Counted from the first letter of the stretch, positions 16,347 through 30,048 are shown. The stretch is DNA of 64,000 nucleotides from Octopus sinensis (GCF_006345805.1 NC_043005.1:65410001-65474000), one strand, 5' to 3'. The notes: generated by a model from the letters alone, not told the origin. Numbers and translations: made by a program.

Positions 16347-16449
16347 TCACCTGACGAGACGCGTCTGCACAGTGGATGCACCACAACCAGTTGTACAGTA
16401 TCCCACCCGCGAAGGATCGATGTAGGATAGGTCGAAAAGATCTTTGTGA
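16347..16449 (+). ncRNA. Type-I hammerhead with large structured stem-II insertion
   Basis: tcac-CTGACGA-gac[70 nt]gtc-GAAA-AGATCT-TT-gtga. Confidence 0.7.
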
Positions 16450-16480
16450 GCATTAATATTACTCGTATAAAAACAATGAC

Positions 16481-16595
16481 CCTTCGATGGAATTTATAAA
16501 ATATTTAATGCATCACTACGCGCGTTATCGCAAATTGCACTCTCTTAAGAAACGCGCGTAGCGACTCATTAAATGCTTATAAATTCCATTCAAGG
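16481..16595. repeat. Fold-back with hammerhead 3' half
   Basis: Arms atggaatttataa...ctacgcgcgtt and aacgcgcgtag...ttataaattccat. Contains GAAACGCGCGTA and is followed by (TAT)n. Confidence 0.7.
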
Positions 16596-16609
16596 ATTAC
16601 TATTATTAA

Positions 16610-16656
<47 letters not shown>

Positions 16657-16808
16657 GAGTCATTCTTCATTATATTGGTACATCTCAATGCAACACCCCA
16701 AAACTGATTCAGCAGTCAGCATCATTAGAGTGTGGCCGGCATAATGGAATAGAGCTTTATTTGCATGTTCAAAACGTTTCACGTAAACAAATATAAAAGA
16801 TATATATA

Positions 16809-17215
16809 GGCGCAGGAGTGGCTGTATGGTAAGTAGCTTGCTAACCAACCACATGGTTCCGAGTTCAGTCCCACTGCGTGGCATCTTGGGCAAGTGTCTT
16901 CTGCTATAGCCACGGGCCGACCAATGCCTTGTGAGTGGATTTGGTAGACGGAAACTGAAAGAAGCCTGTCGTATATATGTATATATATATAAGTGTGTGT
17001 GTATATGTTTGTGTGTCTGTGTTTGTCCCCCTAGCATTGCTTGACAACCGATGCTGGTGTGTTTACGTCCACGTCACTTAGCGGTTCGGCAAAAGAGACC
17101 GATAGAATAAGTACTGGGCTTACAAAGAATAAGTCCCGGGGTCGATTTGCTCGACTAAAGGCGGTGCTCCAGCATGGCCGCAGTCAAATGACTGAAACAA
17201 GTAAAATAATAAAAA
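16809..17215 (+). mobile_element. SINE family B, full length
   Basis: A-box-like tggctgtatgg, B-box-like gagttcagtccc, CORE-like cttgggcaagt, and tail caaatgactgaaacaagtaa. Confidence 0.9.
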
Positions 17216-17254
17216 AAAAAAGAATATATATATATATATATATACACACACATG

Positions 17255-17655
17255 TGCAGGCGTGGGTGTGTGGTAAGGAGCTTGCTTTCCAACTACATGG
17301 TTCTGGGTTCAGTCCCATTGCGTGGCACCTTGGGCAACTGCCTTCTACAATAGCCTCGGGTCGACCAAAGCCTTGTGAGTAGATTTGATAGATGGAAACT
17401 GCAAGACGCTCGTCGTATATGTGTGTGTGGGGGAGTTGTCTTCGTGTCTGTTTGTCCCTGCTCTCCCCCACTGCTTGCCAACCGGTGTGGGTCTTTACGT
17501 ATCTGTAACATAGCGGTTCGGCAAAATAGCCTGATAGAATAAGTACTAGGCTTTAAAAAATAAGGCCTGTAGTCGATTTGTTCGGCTAAAACCCTTCGAG
17601 GCGGTGCTCCAGCATGGCTGCCGTCAAATGACTGAAACAAGTAAAAGAATAAAAG
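17255..17655 (+). mobile_element. SINE family B, full length
   Basis: Colinear with 16809-17215. Confidence 0.85.
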
Positions 17656-17664
17656 TATATGTAT

Positions 17665-17706
<42 letters not shown>

Positions 17707-17751
17707 ATATATATACACACACACATATATATATATAAATATATATACATA

Positions 17752-17883
17752 TACTGTTGTGTCTGGGGAGAGTCATTTTCTTTCTGTGCCTTATAATATA
17801 ACACACTCACCGGTAAAATTTCCACTTATTTCTTACATTATACGGCACAAAAAGAAAATGACTCTCCCCAGACACAACAGAAT
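17752..17883. repeat. Fold-back element in TA tract
   Basis: ctgttgtgtctggggagagtcattttcttt matches aaagaaaatgactctccccagacacaacag in reverse complement. Confidence 0.85.
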
Positions 17884-17939
17884 ATGCTTCAACACACGAA
17901 CTCATATAAAGAATCTTGCAAATGAAGTCCAAAAACGAA

Positions 17940-17961
<22 letters not shown>

Positions 17962-17971
<10 letters not shown>

Positions 17972-18320
17972 TTAGAGACAAAACCACTATTATGCAAATC
18001 AAACAAAGAAAGACTTAATCCAATACGTAAAAAAAAATTATATAAATTAAATAAACTTACTTCATAATTTAAAATTGAATAGAAGGTCTTGAAACCACCT
18101 GATGAATGTCCTTAGAAGTGACAAGAAACAATTGTAGTGGATAACTTAATTTTATTTAATTTATATAAAAATTTTTATGTATTGGATTAAGTCTTTCTTT
18201 GTTTGATTTGCATAATAGTGGTTTTGTCTCTAATTAATATTATATAATATTTTACTATAAAATTGGATTCAATCCTAAATCTGATTTTTCCCTGTAAATT
18301 TGGATTTATTCCCTAATATT
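17962..18320 (+). mobile_element. Non-autonomous Penelope-like pLTR with inverted 5' copy, in (TA)n
   Basis: Inverted arms at about 17962-18055 and 18150-18243. The 3' end tttggatttattccctaatat is shared with 47116-49259. Confidence 0.75.
18095..18140 (+). ncRNA. Minimal type-I hammerhead ribozyme, intact core
   Basis: ccac-CTGATGA-a-tgtc(cttagaagt)gaca-a-GAAA-CAATTG-TA-gtgg. Confidence 0.85.
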
Positions 18321-18802
18321 TATTATATATATATATATATAAACTTTGATAAACTTTGATAGGTTTCGGCCATTATTGGCCCAGGCCATATATAACACTT
18401 GTGTCGTTTATTATTTTTTTATGCTTTGTTAATGTCCTTCCTTTTTCGTTTTCTATATACTCGTCGCATCCTATCCTTTACATAACCGCTCACTCACACC
18501 AGTAGCGTTTTGCAGCTGACGCTACTAAAGCGAACAATCACAATCTTATTGATAACGGAGCGTAATTGTAAAGAAATTAATGTGTTCACGTCTTTTGTGT
18601 GTCTTTTCGTGTCTTCCATGTGTTCCTTTGTCGTCTTTCCGTGCAACATTTTACTCTTGTTATATATGTGTGTGTATGTATGTATGTATGTATGTATGTA
18701 TGTATGTATGTATGTATGTATGCATGTATGTATGTGTGTATGTATGTATGTATGTATGTATGTATGTATATGTGTATGTATGTATGTATGTATATATGTA
18801 TG

Positions 18803-18836
<34 letters not shown>

Positions 18837-18896
18837 TGTATGTATGTATGTATGTATGTATGTATGTATGTATGTATGTATATGTATGTATGTATG

Positions 18897-18930
<34 letters not shown>

Positions 18931-19581
18931 TGCATGCTTGCATGCTTGTATGTATTTATATAGGATTCATAAAGAATCAAGGCATATCAATTTGTAGCAC
19001 GCCACCGATTGGGTAGACAGAATTACGCAGTTTATAAGCAGAGATGAAGACCAGCCACTGTAAACTTGTAATTAGCAATTCCAGTTGTTTATCAGATAAT
19101 ACAAGGCTTGGAGTGGCGTGAAGCAATAACAGTTAGAAATAAACGAATGATTTTAGACTTTACAACAGTTGTTTCGCTGGTAATTTTGATTCGGTGTAAT
19201 CATAATACAATATTATGGCTTATGTCATACATTGTGTAATGTTCCTTGCTCGTCGGGCATTATTTAAAACAGTTAAGAAAGACCTGTGAAGCAATCTGGT
19301 GATTACTAAGCAAGTGTAATCATGGTTATAGTTACCGACATAATACTAAAGTGTTAAGGAAATGACAACCAAAAACAGACTGGAACAAAGACAGGAAGGA
19401 AATCTAATTTACAATTACAGATCTATAAGATAGAGGAAATAATAAAAGTGGGTTATTTGATGTCATTTGACGCCGAGGAATTCATTGACATCCATTGGTC
19501 CATACAGAATGGACATTTATAGCAGCATAAAAGGAACGACCTATGAGTTATTTATTTCAGTTACACCTACATATAGATCCA

Positions 19582-19617
<36 letters not shown>

Positions 19618-19636
19618 CACACACAGTCATATATAT

Positions 19637-19680
<44 letters not shown>

Positions 19681-19947
19681 GGCACGCACACGTATGTTTA
19701 ATCAGATGCAAGCATATACACACACATACACACGCATGCACGCACACACATACACACGCAAACACACACACGCAGACACACACGAATACACGCATGCACA
19801 TACTTTTACATATAAAATATCATATTTGGTCGTTCAAAAAGGGATCCACAATGCAAAGTATAGAAAAAATATCACGGTGGAGTTGACTTTCTCAAAAAGC
19901 CGAGTGCGAAGACAAATGAAAGTCATAGACAGGCGAGGCATATATAC

Positions 19948-20045
<98 letters not shown>

Positions 20046-20055
20046 TATATATATA

Positions 20056-20410
20056 GGTGTAGACGTGAGTGTGTGGTAAGGAATTTGCTTCCGAACCACA
20101 TAATTTAGGGTTCAGTCCCACTGTGTGACACTTTGGGCAAGTGTCTTCTACTATAGCCTCGAGCTGAACAAATCCTTGTGAGTGGATTTAGATGGAAAAT
20201 GAAAGTCCATCGTATAAATGTGTGTGTGTGTGTGTATGTGTGTGCGTGTGTGTGTGTCTGTATTGGTCCCCCCACCACCGCTTGACAACTGGTGCTAATG
20301 AGTTTATGTCCCCGTAAATTAGCAGTTCGATAAATGAGAATAAGTACCAGGCTTATAAAAAGTAAGTACTGGGGTCAAAACATTCAACTATAAACTCTTC
20401 AAGGCAGTAC
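20056..20410 (+). mobile_element. SINE family B
   Basis: gggttcagtcccactgtgtgacactttgggcaagtgtcttctactatagcc. Confidence 0.8.
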
Positions 20411-20675
20411 CTCAGACATTAAAGTGTTTCTATATATATAGATATATAATATCAAGGTAATAAAGATTTTAGTAATTTTTTACTACCAATCGCCTTGCGT
20501 GAAAAATTAGTCAATAGAATATATGTTATTCATATAAATACAGTGTACATTTAAACACATAAGAAGTATCCGTCATAGGATTCCTTGCACGCTAGAAAGA
20601 ACAGCTAAAGTCTAAACCACTATTAGGAATAAAACCTCGAAGGGAATGAAAAATAAAAACATTTACCATCTATTT

Positions 20676-20743
20676 CCTGGACCATGGTTTCTGACATTTT
20701 TTAGCAAATAAAATATTTGCTAGGCGAAGTCTTCATCAACAGG
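20676..20743 (-). ncRNA. Hammerhead-like motif (C3U) with extended stem II
   Basis: cctg-TTGATGA-a-gac..tagcaaata ttt tatttgcta..gtc-a-GAAA-CCATGG-TC-cagg. Confidence 0.7.
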
Positions 20744-21561
20744 TACTCCTAGATTAAACATATAAGTACGAGGCAAATCCAGCATGTGCCTCTTGCTTGT
20801 CAAATATTGGAACACCTTTACATCACATATGAAAAATGACATCGCTTAACTGTGCTCTTTCCAAAACTTGCACCATAACATCCTCAAGTTTGAAAAAATT
20901 GAAACCCATCAGTGACTTTTGGGACACCTTGCATGATAAAAATGAAACGAAAATAAAAGAAGTGTGTATATTTGGCTGAAGAAGATTCCATTCGAAAAGC
21001 CTGGACCCACGTAACTTCATTTTTTTTCCAAATAGTCCGCGAAAATGTCATTTAAGTGAATGTGTCTTAGCAGATGAGAAAAAAACTCTTCACTATCTAA
21101 ATTTTCAGAATTTGTCTGCGTTGTCTTTAATCGTTGTAGTTGCAACTGACTGTTGATACGCATTGTCATGCTGTAGTACTGATTTTAAGCGGGATTTGTA
21201 GTTTCAGGAGTTCATCATTGATGTATTTTCTTTATGAAACTAGCTTCTTTTTCATATAAAATAACAGCCTTTTATAGTGGCTTCTGACCTCACGCCAAAC
21301 TATAGGAAGTGCCAATGGCACAGCATTTCTTTTACTTTTCAGCCATTGCACTGTGTGCAGCAACTATATAATGCCAAATCCCTCTTTTGCTCTCTAAACT
21401 TATACCCAAAATAATATGTATACGCAAATTACAACCTTGACAAAACTTACCTATAATTATATGCAAACATAATTGTCGTTATGTTTTATCACAGGGGTAT
21501 AAATATATTGTCCACTGAAGAATGTCTATTAAATTCCATTTCGAATTACTCTTTTGTTTTT

Positions 21562-21958
21562 GACTTCTCTCAGTCATTTGATGGTGGCCATGCTGGAGCA
21601 CCGCTTTTAGTCGAGCAAATCGACCCCAGGACTTATTCTTTGTAAGCCCATTACTTATTCTATCGGTCTTTTTTGCCAAATTGATAAGTTACGGGGACGT
21701 AAACACGCCAGCATCGGTTGTCAAGCGATGTGAGGCACAAACACAGACACACAAATATATACACACATATACACACACACATACATATATATACATATAT
21801 ACGACGGGCTTCTTTCAGTTTCCGTCTACCAAATCCACTCACAGGCTTTGGTCGGTCCGAGGCTATAGTAGAAGACACTTGCCCAAGGTGCTACGCAGTG
21901 GGACTGAACCCGGAACCATGTGATTGGTAAGCAAGCTACTTACCACACCGCCACTCCT
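21562..21958 (-). mobile_element. SINE family B, full length
   Basis: Reverse complement colinear with 16809-17215. Confidence 0.9.
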
Positions 21959-22454
21959 GAAAATGTTATTACAATAGTCACATGATATATCCTCCCTATC
22001 ACGTTAAAAGAAGCAAGCCTATATATTGATCTTAAGGTATGCACGAAATAGAATTTACTTTCACAAAATGTGTAGTGAGAGAAAAACTTTAAAAAATATT
22101 TCAAATCACTCAACCAGTTTTCCTATAAAAACATCTTTGTTGCCTTCAGCAATTCCGTTGCCACCAACTCTGTTTTCCCTTCCTCCCACTTCATTTGTTA
22201 ATCTTGTTGTCAATAAGTTTTTATGTTGATATGTTACTCCCCGCTTGTTTTTTCAGGCAGACGACAATATAACACTCCTGTTATATCTCTCCTTTAGATG
22301 GGAAACAATAAAGGAATGTATTTAAAGATAACACTTTCCTCTAAATATCACCTTCCTTGCGAATCATTGTTAAGAATACCAACTAACTAACACAAACTTC
22401 TCAATATCATGAAATCCCCAACTGACAACAGCTTGTAATTACAAAAAGTAAATA

Positions 22455-23094
22455 ATAATCCTTTCTACTATAGTCATAAGGCGTGCAATCTGGGTGAGGG
22501 GACAGTCGATTTCATCGACCTCTATGCGTAACTGGTACTTACTCCATCGACTCCGAAAGGATGAAAGGCAAAGTTGAGCACGGCGGAATTTAAACGTAGA
22601 ACATAAAAACGGACGAAATACCTATTTCTTTACTGCCTACAAGGGGCTAAGCACAGAGGGGTCAAACAAGGATAGACAAAGGGATTAAGTCGATTACATC
22701 GACCCCAGTGCGTAACTGGTACTTAATTTATCGACCCCGAAAGGATGAAAGGCAAAACGACCTCGGCGGAATTTCAACTCAGAACGTAACGGCAGACGAA
22801 TTACCGCTAAGCAATTTACCCGGCGTGCTAACGTTTCTGCTAGCTCGCCGCCTTTAAATACCTATTTCTTTACTACCCACAAGGGGCTAAACACAGCGGG
22901 GACAAGCAAGGATAGACAAACAGATTAAGTCGATTACATCGACCCCAGTGCGTAACTGGTACTTAATTTATCGACCCCGAAAGGATGAAAGGCAAAGCCG
23001 ACCTCGGCGGAATTTGAACTCAGAACGTACCGGTAGACGAAATACCGCTAAGCATTTCGCCTGGCTGGCTAACGTTTCTGCCAGCTCGCTACCT
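22455..23094 (-). mobile_element. SINE family A dimer plus adjacent monomer
   Basis: Junction gacgaaatacc|tatttcttt at about 22622. A second full copy lies at 22860-23094. Confidence 0.85.
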
Positions 23095-23400
23095 TAATAA
23101 TGTTTCAAATAAAGACACAAGAATAGATCTTACATTGAAGAGGTTTAGTCAATCGAATTGACTCCAGTAACTGATGGGTTCGATACAGAGGCATCACCAA
23201 TGTAAGACAAGATCTAACGTCATGACAATATAAACCCGTTCATCATTTAATAATGTTTCAAATAAAGACACAAGAATAGATCTTACATTGAAGAGGTTTA
23301 GTCAATCGAATTGACTCCAGTAACTGATGGGTTCGATACAGAGGCATCACCAATGTAAGACAAGATCTAACGTCATGACAATATAAACCCGTTCATCATT
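23095..23400. repeat. Tandem duplication, 2 x 153 bp
   Basis: 23095-23247 appears identical to 23248-23400. Confidence 0.9.
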
Positions 23401-26400
23401 TTTTGGTTCAGGAGCTTCTTGCCAAGTCGAACTATTACTCTGTGTGTCGATAGAGCCTTTGCAACGCACATTCTATTAACCCTGATGCAACCCAAGTTTG
23501 ATATTTACTCCCTCACCCTTTCTTTTCAAAATCAGTGGACCACATACTGTCACTCTTAACAATACAAACATATATGATACTTCGACTCCATATTTACACA
23601 TGCGCATGTATGTCATCTCTAAGCAAACTAAATATCACAGGACATAATATGCATTGATTACCCATCCATAATGCGTTGCAAAGGCCTCAATGAGCCAATG
23701 GTTAATGTCAAGACCGATTCCTGTTACCTTTGTATTTTTCCTTTTTAGCTCAAGGCTTGGGGTACAAATATGAGAGAGCGTGTACGCCTTACAAAATTCA
23801 GCTTGTTTTCTCTTTCATTGTGTTCTCAGTTCTAAATACTATGCCAACAGGGCCGTGATACTTGTTATATTGTATAGCGAGTCTTTACTCCATGCGCACG
23901 ATAGACCGCTTCCAAATATTTCTCTTCATTGCCTGTTTTATCAACTCAAACGCACTTGTACATGTAATTCTCTGATTTAAGTGTCTGTATCTCATTAATT
24001 TCACTTCTTGTAGATTTGACGACGCACTACCTGAATTTATGAATGTTTTAGTATATGTGTGGCCAGTGCGTACGTGTGTGTATGTGTGTGTACATCTGTG
24101 CCTATGTTAACAACTGCTCGAGAAACGATATTCTGGGGCGATGATCCATAACAACGGCGCGACAAATAGTTTCGCTACGATGAGTACCAGATTTAAAAAC
24201 AAGTCCTGGGGTCGATATGATTGACTAAAACCCTTCAAGACGGTACTCCAGCAGGGACACAGTCCAGAACTGAAACATATAAAACAATAATTTGTGCTCT
24301 TGGAAGAAAAACTCACATTTTCCAAAAGGTCTTATAACATTATAATATTTGATTCACTTTCTCTTTTGTATCCAGTGTGTTTCTTTTTTTTTTATTGATA
24401 TTTTATTTAATTACTAGGTTTCGTTTTTCTTTTTTCTTTTTCGCGTTTTTTTTTTTTTCAATTTTACTGAGGAAGGTTTGTCCATTTTACAGTTGTATTT
24501 AATACGTTAGGTCTCACTATTTTGGTACCACATTCGGCCTCTCTTGTTACTACTACTATCACTAACTAAATATACTCAATCTGTCGATGTTCGAAGAGCT
24601 TGCAACAATGGATAAAAATTCTTGCAGGACCCGGTTACATTTATTTATTTCTGCATGTAGATTGAGCAGACGTTTACACTGATTCATTTTCGTCAATGTC
24701 GTTATGGCTGTTTGTTCGCTTTATTCTTTCTTTTAGGCCCTCTTAAATTTCAACTCTGGCTATTATGTTGCGATGTGTGTTTATATACTATTTAAGTGTG
24801 AGTTGGGTTTATATTTCCTTGTGGTTATGTAGTCAGTTAAATATTTCCATAGAAATTTCTATGGTTTTTATTTTGTTTTCTCTGTCTGGTTTGGATTTGC
24901 TGTAATGCTTATTTTGTCTCATGTGGTATTAGTTCTGCAGTATTATTGTGCTGAGAGATCCTTAATTGATTTGTAGTAGATTATGTTTTATGTGTAAGCG
25001 TCTGTTCTATTTCAATGTTTGATCTCTATAAGAATTCTCAATCATATTTTTCCTGAATTCTCTATTTTCTTTACTTCTCTGCAACTCATTTGCCTCTTTT
25101 ATAGTGCTTATCAGAACTGGATATTGTAATGCTGTGCAAAACAAATATAACATCTCAATGTAGTCGTCTTTTTTTACTTCTTCTTTTTTTTTACTTTTTT
25201 TTACTTTTACTTTGCAATGAAAGAAAGTTCTCTTTGTTCGAAGTTAATGCTTGTTAAAAGGACATCATTTTTATATCCAGCTTGAATTAGAACTGATGTT
25301 CCAAATTCATTATACCTCCTGATTCGGCCGGCTGTGTTTTCGTTCATCTAATGTATTAATGGTTATATTTAGTTTCTTCTTATATAACAAAGGATTTTTT
25401 TTAGTTTGTATTGATTTTGTTTATATTGAAAAGTGATTCGTCCAAATTCTCACTTGTTTTGTATTATGGTAGACTTAACATTTTATGGAAATAATATGTT
25501 TTCTGCGTAATAATTTCATGTAAGATATAAGTTGCAATTGAACTTAATGGAATTGTTTCGCTTTCTTTTTATTATCATTTTGCTTGTTTTAAAATTTTGT
25601 TTCAATTTATTTTGTTTATTTCGGCTGTTCATTTGTTCCATTTTACCCACAAAATTTGAATATTATTGAGAAAAATATTTTTGTATGTAATAAACACATC
25701 TAAGGTATAGAATGCCAGTTCTACTCTCAAAAGAATTCTCATCCATCACTTTCTACGTTTTATTGGTAATTTTGGTTAAGGTTCTGCTGATATTTTTGGA
25801 ATTATTCCAGTTTTTACTCAGAGCAGCGTTTTCACATCCAAGTTGTTATTCAGCTCTGGTCAGTCTCACATTATTATTAATTATTTTTATTAGTATTATT
25901 ATTACTTTTACTTTTAATATTACTTTTATTAATCATGGTTTGAAAACTGAAATATAAATTTACATTCATGAAGCAGGAATTTGGTACAATTTGGGAAAAT
26001 GCAGAGGAATTTTCAAAGTTAACGTAGAAAATGCTTCTGCCAATTCACAGAAGCAATTTATCAAAATCCTTACAGAAATTGCTGTGTACGTCTACAGTTG
26101 GGCCAATTACAAATAGGGTAATCAACATATTCCTTTACTGCAGCCATATTTATAATTCAACAACTAGTTCGATGTAATTTCTTAGCCTGTCAGATATTAG
26201 AACTTGTTATTGTTATATGGATAATAAATAAGTTATTGCCACTTTTCTCGTGGAGAATGGCGCTAGTCATTTGAGGTGCTATCTGGCTGAGGTCTTTCTG
26301 TACACTAATGCTTCACAGTAATATCGCATTCGCATTGTTTAATATAGAAATACACATGCTTACCAGAAAGCATTTCTTCAAACACTAGGAATTTAGTGAT

Positions 26401-26439
26401 CAGATCAGATAGGCTACGTTATTGTGCACCTAAATATAT

Positions 26440-26720
26440 TTTGTCATTGCAAGTATAGGATGACCAGATTTAATGCGGTGTGTTGTTTCGGAAAATACTC
26501 TACACGAATGACATACATCATTGCTTTTGTAGGTGTTGCTATTGTCATTGTCTTTGCACTTCTCTGAGTCTTAATGCATTTGATAAGCTGCTTGGCAATA
26601 ATGAAGATCCCCTCAGTGTTTTCTGTACACAGCAGTAGGTTATTCATAAACAGGACATGGTTGACCCTCTCTCTACTTATGTTGTAACCCACACTTGCTT
26701 TAATAGTAGCATACTTAAAG
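26440..26720 (-). mobile_element. R4/Dong-like LINE reverse transcriptase fragment
   Basis: GYNISRERVNHVLFMNNLLL resembles GY...INHLLFMDDLKL. Confidence 0.55.
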
Positions 26721-26799
26721 AATAACGTGAGATGAAAGACCAGATCATCATCATCATTATTGTTGTTGTTGCTGTTATTTTTTCTATTATTAAATGCGG

Positions 26800-27520
26800 C
26801 ATCCTCCGCTTGTAGCTGGATGTGTCATTAATCTGTCAGCTGATCACTCCACGTGAACTAAGCTGGAATATGTTCTTTACAACTTTCGGAGATATTGCGG
26901 AAACTCTTTATTTTCTGGATGTGCCCTACTTATATTTTTATGGCTATCTTTTCCAACCACTTTTCAAGGTTTTTGCCCACGGTACCTCGGGAACCGACAG
27001 TTATTGACATAACATATATATTTTTTAATGCCTATAGCTTTTTTATTTCTTTCGTCAGGGTTTCTTATCTCGTTAGTTTTTTCCTTCTTTTTCGGCGATT
27101 CGGATTTCACCAGGATAAGCAATGTCATACACGATTTTTCTCCCTTATCTACCAGCACAATGTTGGGTTTCTGATATCGGCTCAGTGATCACAATTTATC
27201 ATAAAGCCCTAAAGTATATTTGCTCTGTCATTTATCTGCCACATCCTTTACCTCATATTCACATAATTTTCTTGCCTTTTCCAATTCATACTTGTTACAT
27301 AGTTCCAAGTGGACCATTCTGGTGACATTGACGTGCCTTCTCTTGTAGTCTCTCTGGGCCAATTTGCTGCATACGCATTAAGTTTACAACACTGTCTCTC
27401 CAATTTCATCACACATTCTGTTTGTGTCAAATTCAGCGGAAAGGTCAATTCTGTGCTTAATGTAGCTTGCTCTCAACGCTTGTTCCTGTGCTCCACATAG
27501 CAAGGCCTCTGATTCAGGTT
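26800..27520 (-). mobile_element. R4/Dong-like LINE C-terminus (decayed CCHC and RLE)
   Basis: ESEALLCGAQEQALRASYIKHRID...MC..IGETV...CSKLAQRDYKRRHVNVTRMVHLELCNK. Confidence 0.8.
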
Positions 27521-28093
27521 TCAGGTCGCATTTTTTGTCACCACATCCATCTTTTATCCGGGTCTTGTTTCCCGGATAAAAGATGGATGTCCAATAATTT
27601 TATTTCATATATGTGTTTGTTTCTGTATTTAATTCCTTTCCATAATAAACCGCACATTCATACTTAAGAATCCAGCTGGGCAATTTAAGAAATTACGATC
27701 AGTTAAGAATCTCTATAGTGCAAGCGATTTCAAGAGAATCGTAATTCAAGTAAACATGATGACAAACATAAACAAATATTTCAATTCCAGCTGTTAGTAA
27801 TATGAACAGTATTTCTAATCGCAGCACCAGAACAAATAGTTCTTTAGTGTTTTTTAATCAATATATGGTATATTTGAGGATTGAATAAATGTTGATAAAA
27901 TGTTACAATGTAGTTGGCTTGCAGTTTCTTAAGTGGTGGCAAAATGGATCAGGTTTCTGTCTGTTAGTTGAAGAGTTGTTTGCATTTTGTCTAAGTATTG
28001 GCGTTGTCTTGTTTGCAAATGTATCATTAGAATACCCAAGAACAAAATGGAAACGGACATTAAGGAACCGGTGCAGAACGAACAGGATAATGA

Positions 28094-28487
28094 TCCTTTC
28101 TACAATAATCACAAGGCCTGAAATTTGTGGGAGGGGGGTAATCGATTATATCGATCCCCAGTGTTTCACTGGTATTTAATTTATCAACTCCCAATGGAAA
28201 AGTTGACCTCGGTGGAGTTTGAACTCAGAACGTAGAAGCAGAAGAAATACCTATTTCTTTACTGCCCACAAGGGGCTACACACAGAGGGGACAAACAAGG
28301 ACAGACAAACGGATTAAGACGATTATATCGACCCCAGTGCGTAACTGGTACTTATTTAATCGACCCTGAAAGGATGAAAGGCAGAGTCGACCACGGCGGA
28401 ATTTGAACTCAGAATGTAGCGGCAGAAGAACTACCGCTAAGTATTTCTCCCAGTGTGCTAACGATTCTGCCAGCTCTCCTCCTTAGG
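28094..28487 (-). mobile_element. SINE family A dimer
   Basis: Junction at about 28251. Imperfect TSD gaaca(g/c)gataat(g/a)at. Confidence 0.85.
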
Positions 28488-28976
28488 CTGAACACGATAA
28501 TAATGATGGATTTCAGGAATGTTGTTTCCAAGTTTGCATACACTCAGATTGTTTTATCGGAGTTTGCCAGTGAGATCTAATTCTAAGCGTGCACAGTTAA
28601 TAATTCTCTTGAGAAAGAACCATTTTTCCCAACGATTACTAAAACCGCTCTCTGTGATGTTTTTAGAACATTTAATTCTAAATTGATTTACATAACATAA
28701 AATTTCTTTGGTTTCCTTAATATCACATACAAAATTATTAAGCATTCTTTAAACAGAAACATTTCGCAATATCCTTAGACACAGACTGACCAATTCCAAA
28801 ATTTCTGTGGTAATCCAGCAAATAAACATTTGTATGTATACAATCGAAATACGAAATACTTACAATGTGAGTACTGTAATTGATTAATACTAATTCCCCA
28901 ACCCCTTATGCGGGTTGATAGTTGACAGCACTTTACTGTGCTACGCCGTCCGGTTATGTAATATTTTATTTGCATA

Positions 28977-29557
28977 AGGCGGCGAGCTGGCAGAATCGTT
29001 AGCACGCCGGGCGAAATGCTTACAAGCATTTCGTCTGCCGTTACGTTCTGAGTTCAAATTCCGCCGTGGTCGACTTTGCCTGTTATCCTTTCGGAGTCGA
29101 TTAAATAAGTACCAGTTACGCACTGGGGTCGATATAATAGACTTAATCTGTTTGTCTGTCCTAGTTTATTCCCTCTGTGTGTAGTCCCTTGTGGGCAGTA
29201 AAGAAATAGGTATTTCGTCTGCCGTTACGTTCTGAGTTCAAATTCCGCCGAGGTCGACTTTGCCTTTCATCCTTTCGGGGTCGATAAATTAAGTACCAAT
29301 TACGCACTGGGGTCGATGTAATCGACTTAATCCGTTTGTCTGTCCTTGTTTGTCCTCTCTGTGTTTAGCCCCTTATGGGTAATAAAGAAATAGGTATTTC
29401 ATCTGTCTTCACGTTCTCAGTTCAAATTCTGCCGAGATCGACTTTGCCTTTCATCCTTTCGGGGTCGATAAATTAAGTACCAGTTGCGTACAGGGGTCGA
29501 TCTAGTCAATTCGCCCCTTCCCCCATTATTTCGGGCCTTGTGCCCAGAGTAGAAAAG
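28977..29557 (+). mobile_element. SINE family A trimer
   Basis: Two aaagaaatag|gtatttc junctions. TSD aatattttatttg(c/t)ata at 28960-28976 and 29558-29574. Confidence 0.9.
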
Positions 29558-29585
29558 AATATTTTATTTGTATATGAAATACACA

Positions 29586-29622
<37 letters not shown>

Positions 29623-30048
29623 GTATATATATATAGGTGAGAAAGTTACATCAACGAATGTGTTTACATGTGTGTGTGTTTGTTGAGAAGGTTTTATCAT
29701 GTGCACTGGAAAGGCACAGGTCATGCTAATATAATTATATATAATTATGTGTGTATGTGTGTATGTATGTATGTATGTATGTATTTGTGTGTCTGTGTTT
29801 GTCCCTCAACCATCACCTGACAAGTGATGTCGGTGTGTTTATGTCCCCGTAAAGTAGCGGTTCGGCGAAAGAGACCGATGGAATAAGTACTAGGCTTACA
29901 AAGAATAAGTTCTGAAGTCGATTTGTTATATATATTTGTTATATATATATATATATATAGTTGGATTTTACAGAAAACAAACGACGAAGACATGTGTGTA
30001 AACAACAAACAGGTGTATTAGTTTAACGCTCAGGAAGATGAGAAAGTC

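Noticed and set aside
16809-16885. tRNA genes
   Set aside because: The tRNA-like heads continue into SINE bodies, and no standalone cloverleaf was seen.
21100-21480. Possible DNA-transposon relic (LPIVWRE-like motif, minus strand)
   Set aside because: A single short motif with no termini identified.
24560-25960. Possible decayed Penelope RT on the minus strand
   Set aside because: Only a weak YLDV-like hint, too degenerate to support.
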